Shown here piece after piece: positions 1 to 13,800 of a stretch of 52,280 nucleotides of DNA. Origin of the DNA: Callorhinchus milii. Taxonomy: Eukaryota. Location of the stretch: NCBI RefSeq assembly GCF_018977255.1, contig NW_024705350.1, forward strand, positions 1 through 52,280, read 5' to 3'. The notes under the pieces are model-generated. The model saw nothing but the letters and a program-made list of their open reading frames with translations, was not told the origin of the DNA and did not search any database. Position 1 is the first letter of the stretch. Each line of letters begins with the position of its first letter. The translations under genes were made by a program, and so were the position numbers.

Positions 1-1745
1 CACTCGTATAGGGGCGGGTGGGAAATCACCTATACAGTATCTCTTAAGTTCACAGGAATTGTTAAAATGGGGCACGGTGACTTCCTCACTCGATGTCGTG
101 TACACATTGCACCCCTCCATGACAGCTGTTGACCAGTTGCATCATATCTAGGGCTTACAAATAGTCGCCCTTTGGCTCTCGCATCTCTATACCACCACAG
201 CCTTTGACCAAATCACTCGCAATGTACTCGATCAGGGAAACTAAGCAGGCTTGAGCCTCGCTTCAGTGCTTGGGATTGGCGACTACCATGCATAACACAG
301 GCGTAGGTTGCTGTGACACAGAGGGCATTGCAGTAGCATTGTTGGACTGTACACCTGTGTTTCGATGTATGTTCCCTGCCTTCAACCTGGACTGACCCGC
401 GTAGAAAAGTGTAGCCAAATAACCCCTGCACGACCTGCACGGCTTGGGGAAGGCCCTCTTACAGTCGTGCATTGATACAATGGCTGCACATTTTCAAATG
501 TATTCCAATTTAACCTTCATCATACGTGGTGTCCATAAAGACCTCCGTTATTTTAAATGTTATAGACAGCAGTTTGAGCTCGGTCTCTAAAACTGCATTG
601 GTAGTATACGACGTTTAATGTACGAGGTTTAGTTCTCTAAGCCTCTACCTATCCACCACACGTCATATCGATGTAGGAGTTCTATTGTTGTCAGCGTGAT
701 GTGTTTGATTGTTTTAAATGCTCCTGTGCTGTTTAAGATGACTAAATAATATCAACTTTTTGGCAACCGCTTGATCTTAAATAAGGAACACGTTGGCAAC
801 ATTTTTTTACCCAGGCACTTCAAACTGCCGTCTAATTATAATGCTTTCGTTATGGACGATACTCTTATAGATACACTATTTTTAGCATATCCCTTTCCCC
901 TACATTGCAGCTATATGCTGACTTCGTCATTAATGTAGATCACCATTCCTACATAATGTGTTGTAGCTAAGCATGTTTCTCTCTTAGTGAGAATCATAAA
1001 TGCATGATAGCTGTGATATAAAGGCAGCCTTTAACTATTTTCACCACTTTGAATTTGGTGCTTGACTGCTTCATTGGTCTCACCGTGAGAGCTATCATTC
1101 GTTGTCATCCTGCCCATATTGTCAGCAAATTCCTTTCCCAAAGATTGCAGGCCTCAGTCGTAGGATACATTGTACATCTTACAGGCTTGCAGAATATTCT
1201 GACACCCACAATTTAAAGGGTCATACTTTGAGCATCTATAGCTGGTAGCACCTTTTTAACGTTGTTAGATTTACATGAGGTAGCTTAGCACATGTACACC
1301 AATTTGGTATTGAAGGTTTCTCCCATCATCCCTTTCACATCGGGGCATGTGTGTTTGTCTCAGTCGGCACACATCTTGATGTTGTGGAGTTTCCCCATTA
1401 ACTGGAGAGAATATTTGGCCCTGGAACATGAAGCTATTGTCTTTTGGTAATTGGCCACGAAGCCCAATGCACACCCCAAGTGTTAAAGGCATTGTCAACA
1501 TTTTATGGATTGTGTGGAAGGCAGTGTTTAGTAACCACGGCGCCTGGTCAGACCAATAGACCATTTTAAGGCTAATTCCATGACAGTGACGCAAGGCTTC
1601 TTGCATTATCCCTTGCAATTGTGCGCATCGTTCACCATTTTCGTGTGTTGGTTGTGTTACTGTGCAAAGGACCTCGGTGTCAGAAGTACTGAAAGGTCCG
1701 TCACTACCGCATAACGCTAAACTTCACCTTGAAACATTACAAAAG

Positions 1746-1775
1746 NNNNNNNNNNNNNNNNNNNNNNNNNNNNNN
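1746..1775. other. Assembly gap (30 N)
   Basis: Run of 30 N bases directly visible. Confidence 0.99.
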
Positions 1776-1839
1776 CATACTCATGCAAGGTACCTAGTGG
1801 AGATACATCTGTCCCATCTGTACAAGCATTTTGTAAAAC

Positions 1840-4800
1840 TTGAGGTCGGTAGGAGCAGGAGCGGGTTATCAAGTTCCGATTACCAGATCCAAGTCGTATC
1901 CGACGACTGGCGTCTGCTTCAAAACCACCCAAGCAGTAACCAATATGTTTGGGTACCCTTGGTAATCTAATCTGACGTTGCGACCGGAAGGTTCCCCCTA
2001 GTTAAATTAGATTTACTCGTACGGGGGTACTTATTGTAGAAATGGACGGACGACTGGTAATAACAACCTATTTAACATCCGCGTCTATGGGTTTGTCCGC
2101 TAATACAACGCGAAACTCGAGTTAGTTATACGTCGCTCTTTCGTACCGATGGTTCGGATAACGTTTAGCACCCCCTACTTTAGACAGTGCATAATCAAGA
2201 AGGACGCTTATCAAAACGTAGGCGTCAGCCAGCCACTTGACCAACAGTCTACTTTTTATCTATAGTTAGCTCTAGGCAGCAGAGAAACGTAAGGCGATAT
2301 TAAGCCTATAAGTGCGTGGACATAAGATGAAACGTCGGCCGAACACAGGCTGAATTTATGTTTTGGCTAACTCGTTTAGTGCTTGCTGCGAGCGAGCCCT
2401 CGCCAACGAATTAGAGGTCACCTGTCGATTGGGAACGTAAGGGAGAACTGCTATAAGTGCGACTCGGAAACCCATTATTGAGAGTCTGAGACTGAGTCGG
2501 CTTTGTGCTGCGTAATCAACAGGATTAGATTCTAAAATACTAACGATACAAAGCAGGGGCCAAAGGCGCAACCGCCGAATAAAATAAACATTCGTTCGAC
2601 GGCGATCACTTAACTCCCTGTGGAGTGCACCTTCTTCGAAGACTACCTATTCAGGATAGCGTTGAGGGGGGCCTGAGGCGATGTACACTGAGAGAGCCGA
2701 AGAGTAATCGCAGGTGTACACGCGGCAACGATCGAACGGCGGTATGTATGGGGTAAATAAACGAGGTGACCTCGCCAGAACAACATGTGCGTCAGCGATG
2801 CAGCTTTCGATGGCCCCCCCAGCGATCGATGCCGCAGCGAATGAATATAATGATGCTTATCTTAGTGCTTGCGCCAAACGGGAGTGGTCCATTTGCGTCT
2901 GGTTTTCCACCCAATGAGATGTTGTAATGAGTTTGTCAAACGAAGACAAGTACATGGGACTACATTGCTCTGATTACAAGCGGCAGAGCTCCAAGTGCGC
3001 CACTTAGTTCGTCTCTTCACTTCCTAGTCGCTCTTCCCGTAGATGCTTCCTGAGAAAGGGTTGCTCACGCTGAAGGCCTTAGCGGTTAAGGCGCTGAAGG
3101 CCGAGTTCTGTCTGAATGTGTACTCACAACGGGACGCGCCTTGCCCGCGAGCGGATAGAAAGCATACCCCACGGAAGTGTACCTCTAGTCGATAGCCTAA
3201 TAGGCCAAAAGCCTGGATGTTTCCTGGAGATGCAGTTTACGGATCTATACGATGGACGAGTGACACTGCGTTACCCTTTACACATGAAAAATTACATTGC
3301 TATCTAAAGGATAGAGGTACCTGCCGACAGCAGGTTCTCGAGATGGAGTAGAGAAGCAACTTAGGAGTCGCCTCAGCTGGCCTCATCTGAGATACCGGGG
3401 TGACACCCAGACGTCTATCGCTCGGCCTCAACAACGCAGTGGTAACAAAGGTGAGCTTGGTGGAGGCACATCTCGAGATAAACAATTGGGCGGCTCAAGC
3501 ATAAGGTGTTGGTCGTGCTTTCCCTACACAGACGTAGCCCGTGAGGTGCTTTATTTGTTGTAGGGTAGTCTATCCGCGACTCCTACTCTGTGGTGCTGCC
3601 GGCTGAATTTGCGGATAAAAGTAAGCTTTTCTGCGAAACATGCCGGTGCTAAAGCCAAGTATACTATGGTAACACGTACCCCTAATAAGGAATTCGCATT
3701 CAATATGTGTGATCTAACAACGGGGGACACTCAAATAGTGTCCTTAAAGAGCTCACCCCAAAGCACGTCAGGCCGACTTTAACGTTAGTTCTCTGAAGAG
3801 AATGTGAGTTCCTGGGAAAAGGAGGTGTGTTAGGAGGCAGGCTTTGCCCCTGTATCGAGAGTCTGATACGGATAGGCCAGGGACATATGACCTGTCGAGT
3901 GTCGGATGTCGATCGCGCCTACGTTATCGGAGAGCGGTGGAATGTCCCAAAAATTATCGCGGGTTAAGTAATTTCCGTGGGTTTCCCAAACCTCACCAAC
4001 GAAACGGACCCACGACAAAGCGAAGTAGGGATTGGCCGCACCGCGCTGGAATCATAGCTAATTGTCCGGCATGCATCAAAACCGGGGGGCTTCATTATTA
4101 GTTAGCTTCGCAGGATTCGTAATCATAGTACACGCAACATCCGCCCCTGGCTTAGACTTCCCTCACTTTGATGGAGCTACAGGTACTCCGTCGAAATGGT
4201 CCTGCACATAGACTACCACCTGTTTTGCCTCCGTTCATAAAACCCTCCTTTTGTTCCCACAGTGACTAGAGTAGAAAGCCTGTTTTGTGTGCGGGCAAAT
4301 GGAGTAGGTCATTTGGCAAAAGCGGCCCCAGTGAATTGGCTGAGGCGATACTGCTTCCCCGATGACTTTGATCCGGATCACGGTCACGGAGACACAGAAA
4401 CAATTTCGCTTCCTAGGAGGAGACGAGTGATGGGTGCTACGCTTCCGATACCTGGGGTATTTTCAATTACACTGAGTTATTCTCTTTCAGCTATCGAGGC
4501 GGGTCTGAGTGGATCCCCGCAGCGCAATGTCGTGGTTAACCACAATAGTTAGTGTGCGCCCTAAGGTTATTGCGTTGATGTTCAGGGAAGAAGCGCTCCA
4601 CTGCACAAGTATCATCATTGGACCTGGACTGGGCCACTGGATTCTTCCAGTAGCTAGAAACGACTTCATTGTCAAGCCCAGATGTACGATGTGTGACCGA
4701 GTACGATTAACAGGGGTGATCAATCAAGCTCACGACGTCCTATAGGTAATTGTCTGTACTGTAGCGCCAGGCATTCGGTTCCGTATGGAGGGTAATTCGC

Positions 4801-7800
4801 TATAATCCTGGTCGCTTAGCGTCCAGACTCAGGGCCTATGTAGCAGGTTGCCGACTGCGGCGTACCCCAAGGGTGGGCAGGGTACCGATCTTGTCTGCTC
4901 CGAATTTTGCCCTTGTAACCGGCTGCATTACCAAGCTTCAGGGAGTTATATTAGCAAAAACCATGCTGTTGATAGTCTTGGAAAGGGCGGTCAGAACTTT
5001 TACTTGCGAGACCGCGATGGAGCATTACCTATAAATTGTGGAATAAGTCATGCGCGCGGCTAATATTGTGTAATAAAAGGACAAGTGTGTCAGCAAAGCG
5101 TACCTCCCCGTTGCAGTGTGTCTTCCCGATCGGGAGATACCGTAGGTGGCATTTTACGCGAACCGACAAGCATGGCCTAGACCCCTTCTGTGGTTAAGTG
5201 TTAGACCATGACGCCGGGGGGCGGCCAGGGTTTCGTCGCAGGAGAAATTCTCAACTGAGCTTCAAATGTGGGCAGGGCACCTGTGCGGTGAACCCAAAAG
5301 CAATTTTGTCCCGATACCCCGCATTAATGGTGGAAACTGGATTGCCCAGATGTAGCTGCGTCAGCGACTTACTTGAACGGGCAAGCAGCGTACTAATGGG
5401 TCCTGGATCTGTGTAAGCCTTACATTGAAATTTACGATTATTGCACTCACGGAGGGCTGCGCCCAACATTGATTGAGGGTATATCAGAGAGTAAGGTCCA
5501 GGGGGATAACGAATATAATAGATATACATATTCCCCGGAGAGTTGCTACCATGTTACGGGTCGCAGAAGGCCCAGGGGGGGAGATCTTATAGAGTGGTAA
5601 CTGTAAGATCCTCTGTCGACGTGCTAGAAGGCAGTTGTCCTGTTAGGGGAGTAGTGTAACCTGGTGCATGTTTATTTTAGATTACGGTACAAACCATCAA
5701 AACTGAATTACGAATATCTATACTCGGGTAAAGTGCTAAGTTACGTACTCCGCTATAGCGTCAACACGTCCGTCGTTGAGGCCTCGGATCAATGAGGGCA
5801 CCGGCAGGTCTCGGGGTTAAGGAGTACGTCACTAACATGCATCGATCCACGGCCCTTCCTTGTCGTTCATGCAGGGTCTTCTCAATTTTGTCGCTGCAAC
5901 CACGGCCTCTCAGGGTATTTACCGCCCAATGGACTTCGGAAAACGACTTCAGGTGCGACACTGACGCTTAGGAAACTGGCGGCATGGCCTATCGGTGTGT
6001 GGCCTGGTATGCTCCTAGGCGGATGGCAAGGTCAACATTACCAGGTGACTCAAGTACGCGAGCGGCACGTCAATGCGTAATGTCACTTTAGGGCGAGTGC
6101 GTAAAACGTGTGACGCCCAAACGGGCATGTGCGGTAGCACTCGGAGGCTGAAAGTGGGGCAAGTTAAGACCAAGTCGCGTTTTGTCGCGTCCGGCGGCAC
6201 CAGTAGAATGAAGCGCCTGTTTACTGTTGCTGACAGACTGTGGAGGAAGGCGTTGCGCCCTCCAACCTGAGTGTGTGGATTAGGCCATAGACGCAACCGC
6301 ACAGTGGTCGTGGATGAACGATCACGTCATGATAATTATAAGTGGGTAGACAAGTTGTGTCTCATTCTCGCACATCTGCGATGAATTTAGCTCTTATCCA
6401 GTAGATTGATAAGGTCCCCCGAGGTGGCACTTTGTACCCAGCCGGGCGCAATGGAATGTACAGACCAGATCCATCACTCGGAGAATACCTCTGCACGCGG
6501 CTGCGGTTTGACTGCGGATCGAGGACCTTAGGCTAAGGAATCCGAGATGGCGGTCGCCTGGAGGTTTGGGGATACGTTTAAATCGTTTAAAATACAATTG
6601 CTATCCGTGACGATTTGGGGGTTCAGCCTCGTTTCCAGTAACAAGACAGACACGTAATCTGCGCCTGCGCGGGCGTCCGGGGATCTATGGGGAAAGGTGC
6701 AGAGGTTCCATGAAGCCTAGACCTGGGCATACCCCTTCCATCAATGCACCAGTTTTATCGGGTTAGTTATTCAACAGCCTTTCGAAGTCTGTTAGATAGG
6801 GGGCGTGCGCGCGCGTCTTATTTTTCTTAATCTTGTGCAAGGCGTCAAGGAACTCGCAATCTGTATCCTTCAACTTAGCAGTTGGTAGACCAACTATTCG
6901 ACCCGCGAGCCGAGTCACCGAGAATGTGGATGTCATCGGCCACGACCGTCCAGTCAGTCTTATAGGTTCTGAGAGACTGGCAGCAATGAGCTAATGTATC
7001 CGGTATTTCACTATTCACCTCCGAAGTTAACCGCAAAAGTCGGCGCGGTGGGCAGTAAGGGCGAGTAGCTAGAGTAGTTAATCCGCCTTGAAGGTAAAAC
7101 TGTGGGGAATAACACCAGCTTAGACAAAGGTGATGAGGTCTGCGTCTACCCGAACGACGCGTCTGTGATCAAGTCCACATACGTGCATGGTGAGAGTATG
7201 GAGGGTCTGATTTACGTAGATTCCCATCCCGGCGCACGTTACTTCATCCTCAGATTAATGCGAGTTCGTCCATAGTCTTATTCCAACATGTTTAGGTACA
7301 AGAGTTAGTGGAAGACACCAAGTCCTTTTCGTCGATGCCTGGTAGATATGGCATGAATTGGTCCCTGTAATAATTGCTAATGAAGATGCGACAGCAGTAA
7401 GTGGACCAATCAATGAGATGAACCCAAAACCTTATAGTAAGCACTATAGCAGGTTTCAACTAGGTCGACAATCCCATAATGAGCAGGAGAACGAATTTAG
7501 TGGGTAGGAGCACATGCAGCGCTTTAGTGCGGTCTGGTTGACACTCGCAGCGTCTTGCAGAGGTCATCAACGACCCTCGATAGGGTAGTAGACGATCTTT
7601 AGTGAATTACATAATAGGCGACCGGGATAACCATTGCACATACCTTTCGGTCTTGCTTATATTTAAGACTGAACTCGTGTCGATCGAGGTAAGATGCGCG
7701 AGTAGTTAGATCAATATATTTGCTCGTGTAAAAAACGTGCGCGCTGGTCTCCACGCTCTAAGCAAGTATATTGTTCGTTCTGCATGAGTGTTTGTACGCA

Positions 7801-10800
7801 ACTCCTCATTTTGGCGGTAATTTCATAAGTAAGAATACCAGCGAAGGTCCCCCGATAATAATTGTGAAGATGAACATGACATGTTATAATTTGGCTATAC
7901 GATATACTCGCGGGCCAAATGACATGAGTGAGCGCGTCACACAGTCGTATGAGGGTTCGACCCCAACTACGGCATTACAAAGAGAACGGAGATCACAAAC
8001 TCGTACTTACCGTGCAGAGGGAGCTTTGATTGGCGCGCAAATTCCATCGATGCGCCCTACATGTATTTTTCTGTAATTTGGATTTTCAACGGAACGGGAA
8101 CGCGGGGCCGAGATAGTCGTCAATCTATTTTCCCACTGCTAGTCGCAGGCCTACACTCGCAACACCGTCCCGAGTAAATTGGCCACTCGATTCCGTGCGC
8201 TTGGGTTCAACTATACAGTCTAAGCTCAATCAGTCCTCGGTTCAGATCCCTAGTTGAGCCAAAACTCCCAGTTAAAGTTATAAAAATTTCCCGTCAGCAG
8301 CAGCCTCTAAGGAGTCCTTAAGTAATACTCGGGTTTTCTGGAATTTTAGTGACTCACCGTAACATCGACACCAATCCGTCATGCTTTGTGAAACCAGGAG
8401 CCGTACTGCTCTTAGGGACCCGACACGTTAAGTTGAATTTGGTTATTTCCAACGCGTATGGACGTTAATGAATTCCAGAAGTAACCATGGTGCAGGGGCG
8501 CGAAATCAGACTTCTTTACACTCAAAAGGAGGCAGAGGAACTCACGATCATGCAAGGCAGTTGACAAACATCTAAGTACTGACAAAGAGGAATAGCGTCA
8601 GGTGCGCTGTTTAGTTGGATCGCAATGGTGTTCATGGCCGCAAGTACCGGCGCTGTACGTATGCACGATCTGGAGGTGACCTAATATTACACTCAATTAT
8701 AATGTTGACGCCGAAGTGCGCTAGGATACTTAACATAGGGACTACATTATTGATTTCCTTTGTGGCTTGCGCTCCAAGCAACCGTTGGTCGCTTCGGTGA
8801 CGTCCGAGTTAGAAGCATACAGGATTCCGGGATTCCTTGCTCTACTTTCACGCGTGCTTTGCTGAGATCAGCCGTCTGTTCCAGAACGCGCAGAATCCAA
8901 TAGTAAGCCGATGCGCGGCATCGAATTTGAGAGGGTCACTTCGGACGAGGATTGGCCGGAAGGCTTAAATTCGACTTCCGCCCGTTTCGAATCAGAGTCT
9001 ACCGCGTTGATGTCCTGATCGAGGAGGTTGGGGGGGTTTATGGCGAAAAGGGTGTGACGAAAGGTGTGATATAGTTGATCGGGACCGTGGCTATTCTCTA
9101 ATGGACCGCATTAAAACTTCCCCCCTTAGGGTTGTGTGGCGCTGAACTGTACAGAAGATCATGCGCTGCTATGGAGGTCGCGCAACATGTAAAAGGGTGT
9201 GACTTTCTCCCGGCATGGTGCGCGGTATCGACTTAAATTGCTAGCTTTGCCCTACCTCTGAGTACATTAGCGCTGCTTGTGGTCCCTTACCATGGTACGA
9301 CGCATAGCGAAAAGTTTGTTAAATTGAATAAGAGAGCTGAAACTTCTGTATCGTACCAATTAGATCCCACCGTATTACCAGTACAGTGATTCCAATGTAG
9401 CTTCTGACTATACAGCCTGAACGGGCATCGAGAACACAGAACTACAAGGTTTAGTAGTTCACTCAACGATTGCGTCGGCCCTGCGTCCGCCACCTTATAT
9501 AAGCGTATTCCCAAAAGCGGAGTGGCGTGTTTATTCGATCATTACTTGTGGGTAAGGTGACTCAAACGCGATGGGGGGACCCTCAGCGGGTAGTCTGCCA
9601 TGCCCTTGGAGGGGTCCAAGTTCAATGCTAGGAACAATGGAGCATAGTCAGATCTCTAGAGTTACAACAAGTTGTCCAGATTGACCTGTTGCTGGAACCT
9701 CGTAGCGGGTTTCGGATAAGGAGTCCCGAAATAAGGCGGTCCTCGGAACGCCTACATAGCTTTCAGGGGGCTGGCACGGCTGGCCACCCTTTGCTGTACA
9801 CTAGTTTACATAGTAGTTAGGCCAGCGCATACTATTTCGAGAAATGTCCTCCGCAGTTCTTCCGCTTATTTTCTTGGTACGGGCAGTATTTGAGTAGCTT
9901 TGGGGGCCTGCTCAGTCGAATGAACATATCGCACCAGTTGGCCACTGCGATAAACCCACTTTACGGCATGATGTATGACAAACTGAAGTTTGAGGGGAAC
10001 TCATCCACGCATTATTGTCTGATAGTTGGCACGTTGAGCGAGTTACCTGTTTAGCGATAAACTGTCAATTTGGTTGTAATGATTGTAATGTAAATGTATA
10101 CATTTTATGACGCCCGACGCATCGTCTACGAATAACGTGGAAAAGATCGGAACGCTTTCATAACCGGTGCCTCTGTGTAAAGGGCCTCATCTCACGCATG
10201 TGCAACTACCAGTGCATCGAAACGACATACCGCGAAAACTGAGTACCTGATGGACAGCCGGACCCTGCTCCCATGAGCATATGGGATACTCTATACTCCT
10301 ACGCAGTTCCTATAAGTTGCCTGGCTAACCCGACTTTTTGTATCCTTTCCTATATTTTGTGGGCGAGAGCTACAAGTACGTGCAACGACCAGCGGGATAT
10401 GCCGAGCTCGCCCATAGGTCTGCGCCCACATCTCGCTTGTCGTTCGAGGAGAGTGCGAACTGGTGCTATCTAGGAGATCCAAGCGCATACCTGGCTCACA
10501 GGAGTCTTAATAAAACCAGGTTGAAGCAGAATCGAACCTCTACGGGCGACCTTACTGGTGGAGGAATTCTTCAGAGGGGCCTATGCGCCAGTTGTGTGGG
10601 CGTGAGAATATAACGCGGCCCGTTCACTTCCGGAAGGGAACTATGCGGGTTCCGCCCTATAGTCGGGGTTCGGGTAACAGGGGTGGTACTGACCGCCACC
10701 GTATCTACCCTCAGTACCACCATTGGTAAGAAAGGTGTTACACTAATCCCCCCTTTTCACTTATAGCTTTGGCGCGTCGGCCTAAAGAGAGAAGCGGCTC

Positions 10801-13800
10801 ATGTCTCTCTCGACGAATCTAGTGCGAAGCCAGCTACTGTTAGCACAGTCCCTCCGTAATCACATACAACGATGAGTGTAAAGACGTAGGGAATCAAGGT
10901 AGCCTCCTATGTTATCCTGCTCGGCGGAGGTATATCCGCCTCTTTCGGCGCCACTAAGCGTCAACAATCGTAGCTCGAGAAAATGGCAGACTACCCCGCT
11001 AAATGCAGAACTCGGCGCTTGTGTGCATCGTGGGTGGGGGTGGCCTAATATGATACAGAGGGGAGTTCTCGGCCAATAAGATTGCGCAGGATCTTATGTT
11101 GTGACTTGAGCATAAATTAGGGCGGTTGTGCGAAGTCTTGGTACCATCGAAAAGATCGAACACAATACCGGGTGTTCGGACTCAAGGGTCCCCGGACAAT
11201 ACTTGTGGTATTTATCCTGGGACTAATAGTCGTGCAGCCTGGGGCGCCAGTACCATCAGATTTCTGAGGTAGGAGCACTGATAATACAAACGTTACTTTT
11301 ATCGAAAAAACTCTTTAAATGAAGGTCGTTGAAAAACGTCAGTGCTACACAAGAGGTGCCTACGCCGAGATCACAGTGGGAGGCAAAGGGGTCCTCTGTA
11401 AGGCGGCTTATTAATCTCCTTTTCGCTCTAAAGTATGTTGTTTTTTGATTGTAACAATTCAAAATGCGGAGTGGTCGATTCCCGTATGATAATCACCTGT
11501 AACGGAGTGGTCCAACCGAGAATAAAAAACTCTGGCTCCCCTTATTTCCATCATAGTGGGTAAATCATATTAAAATTTCGGTAGCACTAACTACAGCCCT
11601 TGGATAGCAAGAATACACGAAGAATCGTAGCATAAGATCAGATCGATCACTAAACACTGTATAGCGACGGACGGGATAGTATCGCTTACCACTAACATTA
11701 GAGTCTTATACAGTTATCCTCTAGATGTCCGGCAGCACTTGTCGCGGCCTGACGCGTTATGGATGGGAAAAGTTGGGCACAGCGGTCATCTCACGGGCGA
11801 GGTCGTTAACATTGACGCGGTTTTAATATAGCCGGGTCTTTTACACTTGTTGGGGGGACTGTTTTAAAGCCGCGTTCGTCCGCTAAACTGGAACGTTACC
11901 TGGATTGGTACGAGTGACATATCAGTGAGTCCATCGAAAAATATGCTAACCCTCAAATTGTAGTTCTTGTCGAGAGCTACCGAGCGGCTCAACCGATGAC
12001 CCTACCGTTGTAGGCGCCTTGCGGTAATACTTGGAAGCTCGGCACGCAGCCGTCCAGCACCGGAACATGGAACGTGGAATCAATGTGACGCCGGAAGGAC
12101 ATTAGCAGGAAACCAACCGCCTGGGGCCGCCGCGCCCGGAGGAGGGGTTAGGTACTTTCACCAAATGGTGGTCAATCGCCTGTCGCACACGAATTCGGTA
12201 CGCGTTAACGCGCTTTCTGTCTTTACCTAACCTGAGGTACAACGGGACAACTTGAAAATGTACCCCCTAACTCTACACTCAGTGTTTTAAGGAACAAGGC
12301 CCCATGCAAGTAATTCTCATGAAACTACGCAGGACATCCACAAGTCGCGTCATCTCTATATAACCAGCCCGAGTGGAAGTGAGTGAAGCGTTGTCCCAAA
12401 CTTGAACTTGTGCGGAGGACAGTTCCCGTCATAACCCCCGGGGGCGCGAATAGTTATATGTTCCGGGGTAGTTGCAATGGCCATGGATTGGACGGCTCAT
12501 CTGAAAGATGTTGCGCGGGGTCCGCTTGGTTAACGGCCTCAGACAGTTTGCACCATTCTGTAACGTACTCGAGTGGGTAAAACCCGCTCATAGGCATGGA
12601 CTTCGTCACCACATTAAAGTTTGGTGCCGAGGGTCAACAAGATAACTGGGTTGAACCATAGTCGTGACCTTGTCGTGAGTTGGCCCGCGTGGATCCGTAA
12701 GAAGGTCCGAATCATCCACGGATCTCACACTCACTCAGCTAAGTCCCGAAAAGTAATGGTTGACCTCCACGGTAGCTCAGTCCATTCCTGGGGTTCTGGA
12801 CCTAAAAAGTGATATAACAAAGTCTGGCACATTGAATTGTTAGATAAGCCGGCCCGAATATATTCATTTACTCGAGTCGAATGATTTACATATCTAATTA
12901 AGCGTACTGCCGATTGGAGGTGAATTATGATAGAGATCCACCGCACTTGATTCGCACTTAAGCACTTGACTCTCGTACCACGACACCCGGTTGCTTTATT
13001 ATTACGGGAATTCAGTGATGGGCGGTCGTGTAGAGCAGCGGACGCGTTTTCTCAACTGAACCATGGTAGCTGTTGGAACGAAGAATACGGCATATGGCGA
13101 AAGACTTTTAGCTCGTCTCTAATTACATTATCTGCGAATTGCCTGATTCTTGTGTAACACAGTTTACTAACACCGAACTTTGAAATTTCACGATAGACGG
13201 TGTATGTTGGAAGTTCGCACATAGATACGGTAGTTACTAAGACTCTTTACCTTTCCCCGAGCCCAAGTCGTAACTAATTGCATGATGTTGGACAACTTCC
13301 CTGGGTGTATAAATTTTTCTGGTCTCAGAGCTATGTGCGCATCGTACTCGGTAGGATCGTTATACATAACATCATCCCATGTGTTACCTGAGCATCCCAA
13401 AACTGTCTTCCCGCAACACTAGTCGTGGAGGAATAATCCATTATTAAGGAGAAGTGTTCATTGGAGTGGAATGCTGTCACGGTCACTTTGCCTTGAGAGC
13501 AACAACTACTCTATATGCAAGTGAATGTTTAGGATTCAAAATGTCGTTGGAGAGGATGGGGGCCCTCATCGACGGGGGGAGCAGCGGTGGCCTCCACTAA
13601 CATAGGTTTCACATAGCAGATCAGAACTTGTCGTCATAATTGTTTCAATTTGCACGTCGCCAATCGGTGGGTTGGGATAATCAATTAGATCACAGTTTAT
13701 TTCCGAAGCGCAACGGTAGGCACGAGAAGTCTCGAAACCAGGGGACTCACGTTAAACTTACGCGCAGCTAGTTGGGTATGACCTCTGGTGAAAGGCATAT

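Noticed and set aside
500..560. Minus-strand EVFMDTTY resembling a MULE transposase motif
   Set aside because: Followed at once by a stop; no other MULE motifs recognised.
9045..9203. 13-mer AAAAGGGTGTGAC occurring twice
   Set aside because: Several 13-mer matches are expected by chance in 26 kb.
10682..10721. 11-bp inverted repeat GGTGGTACTGA / TCAGTACCACC
   Set aside because: About one such hairpin is plausible by chance in this length; no supporting context.
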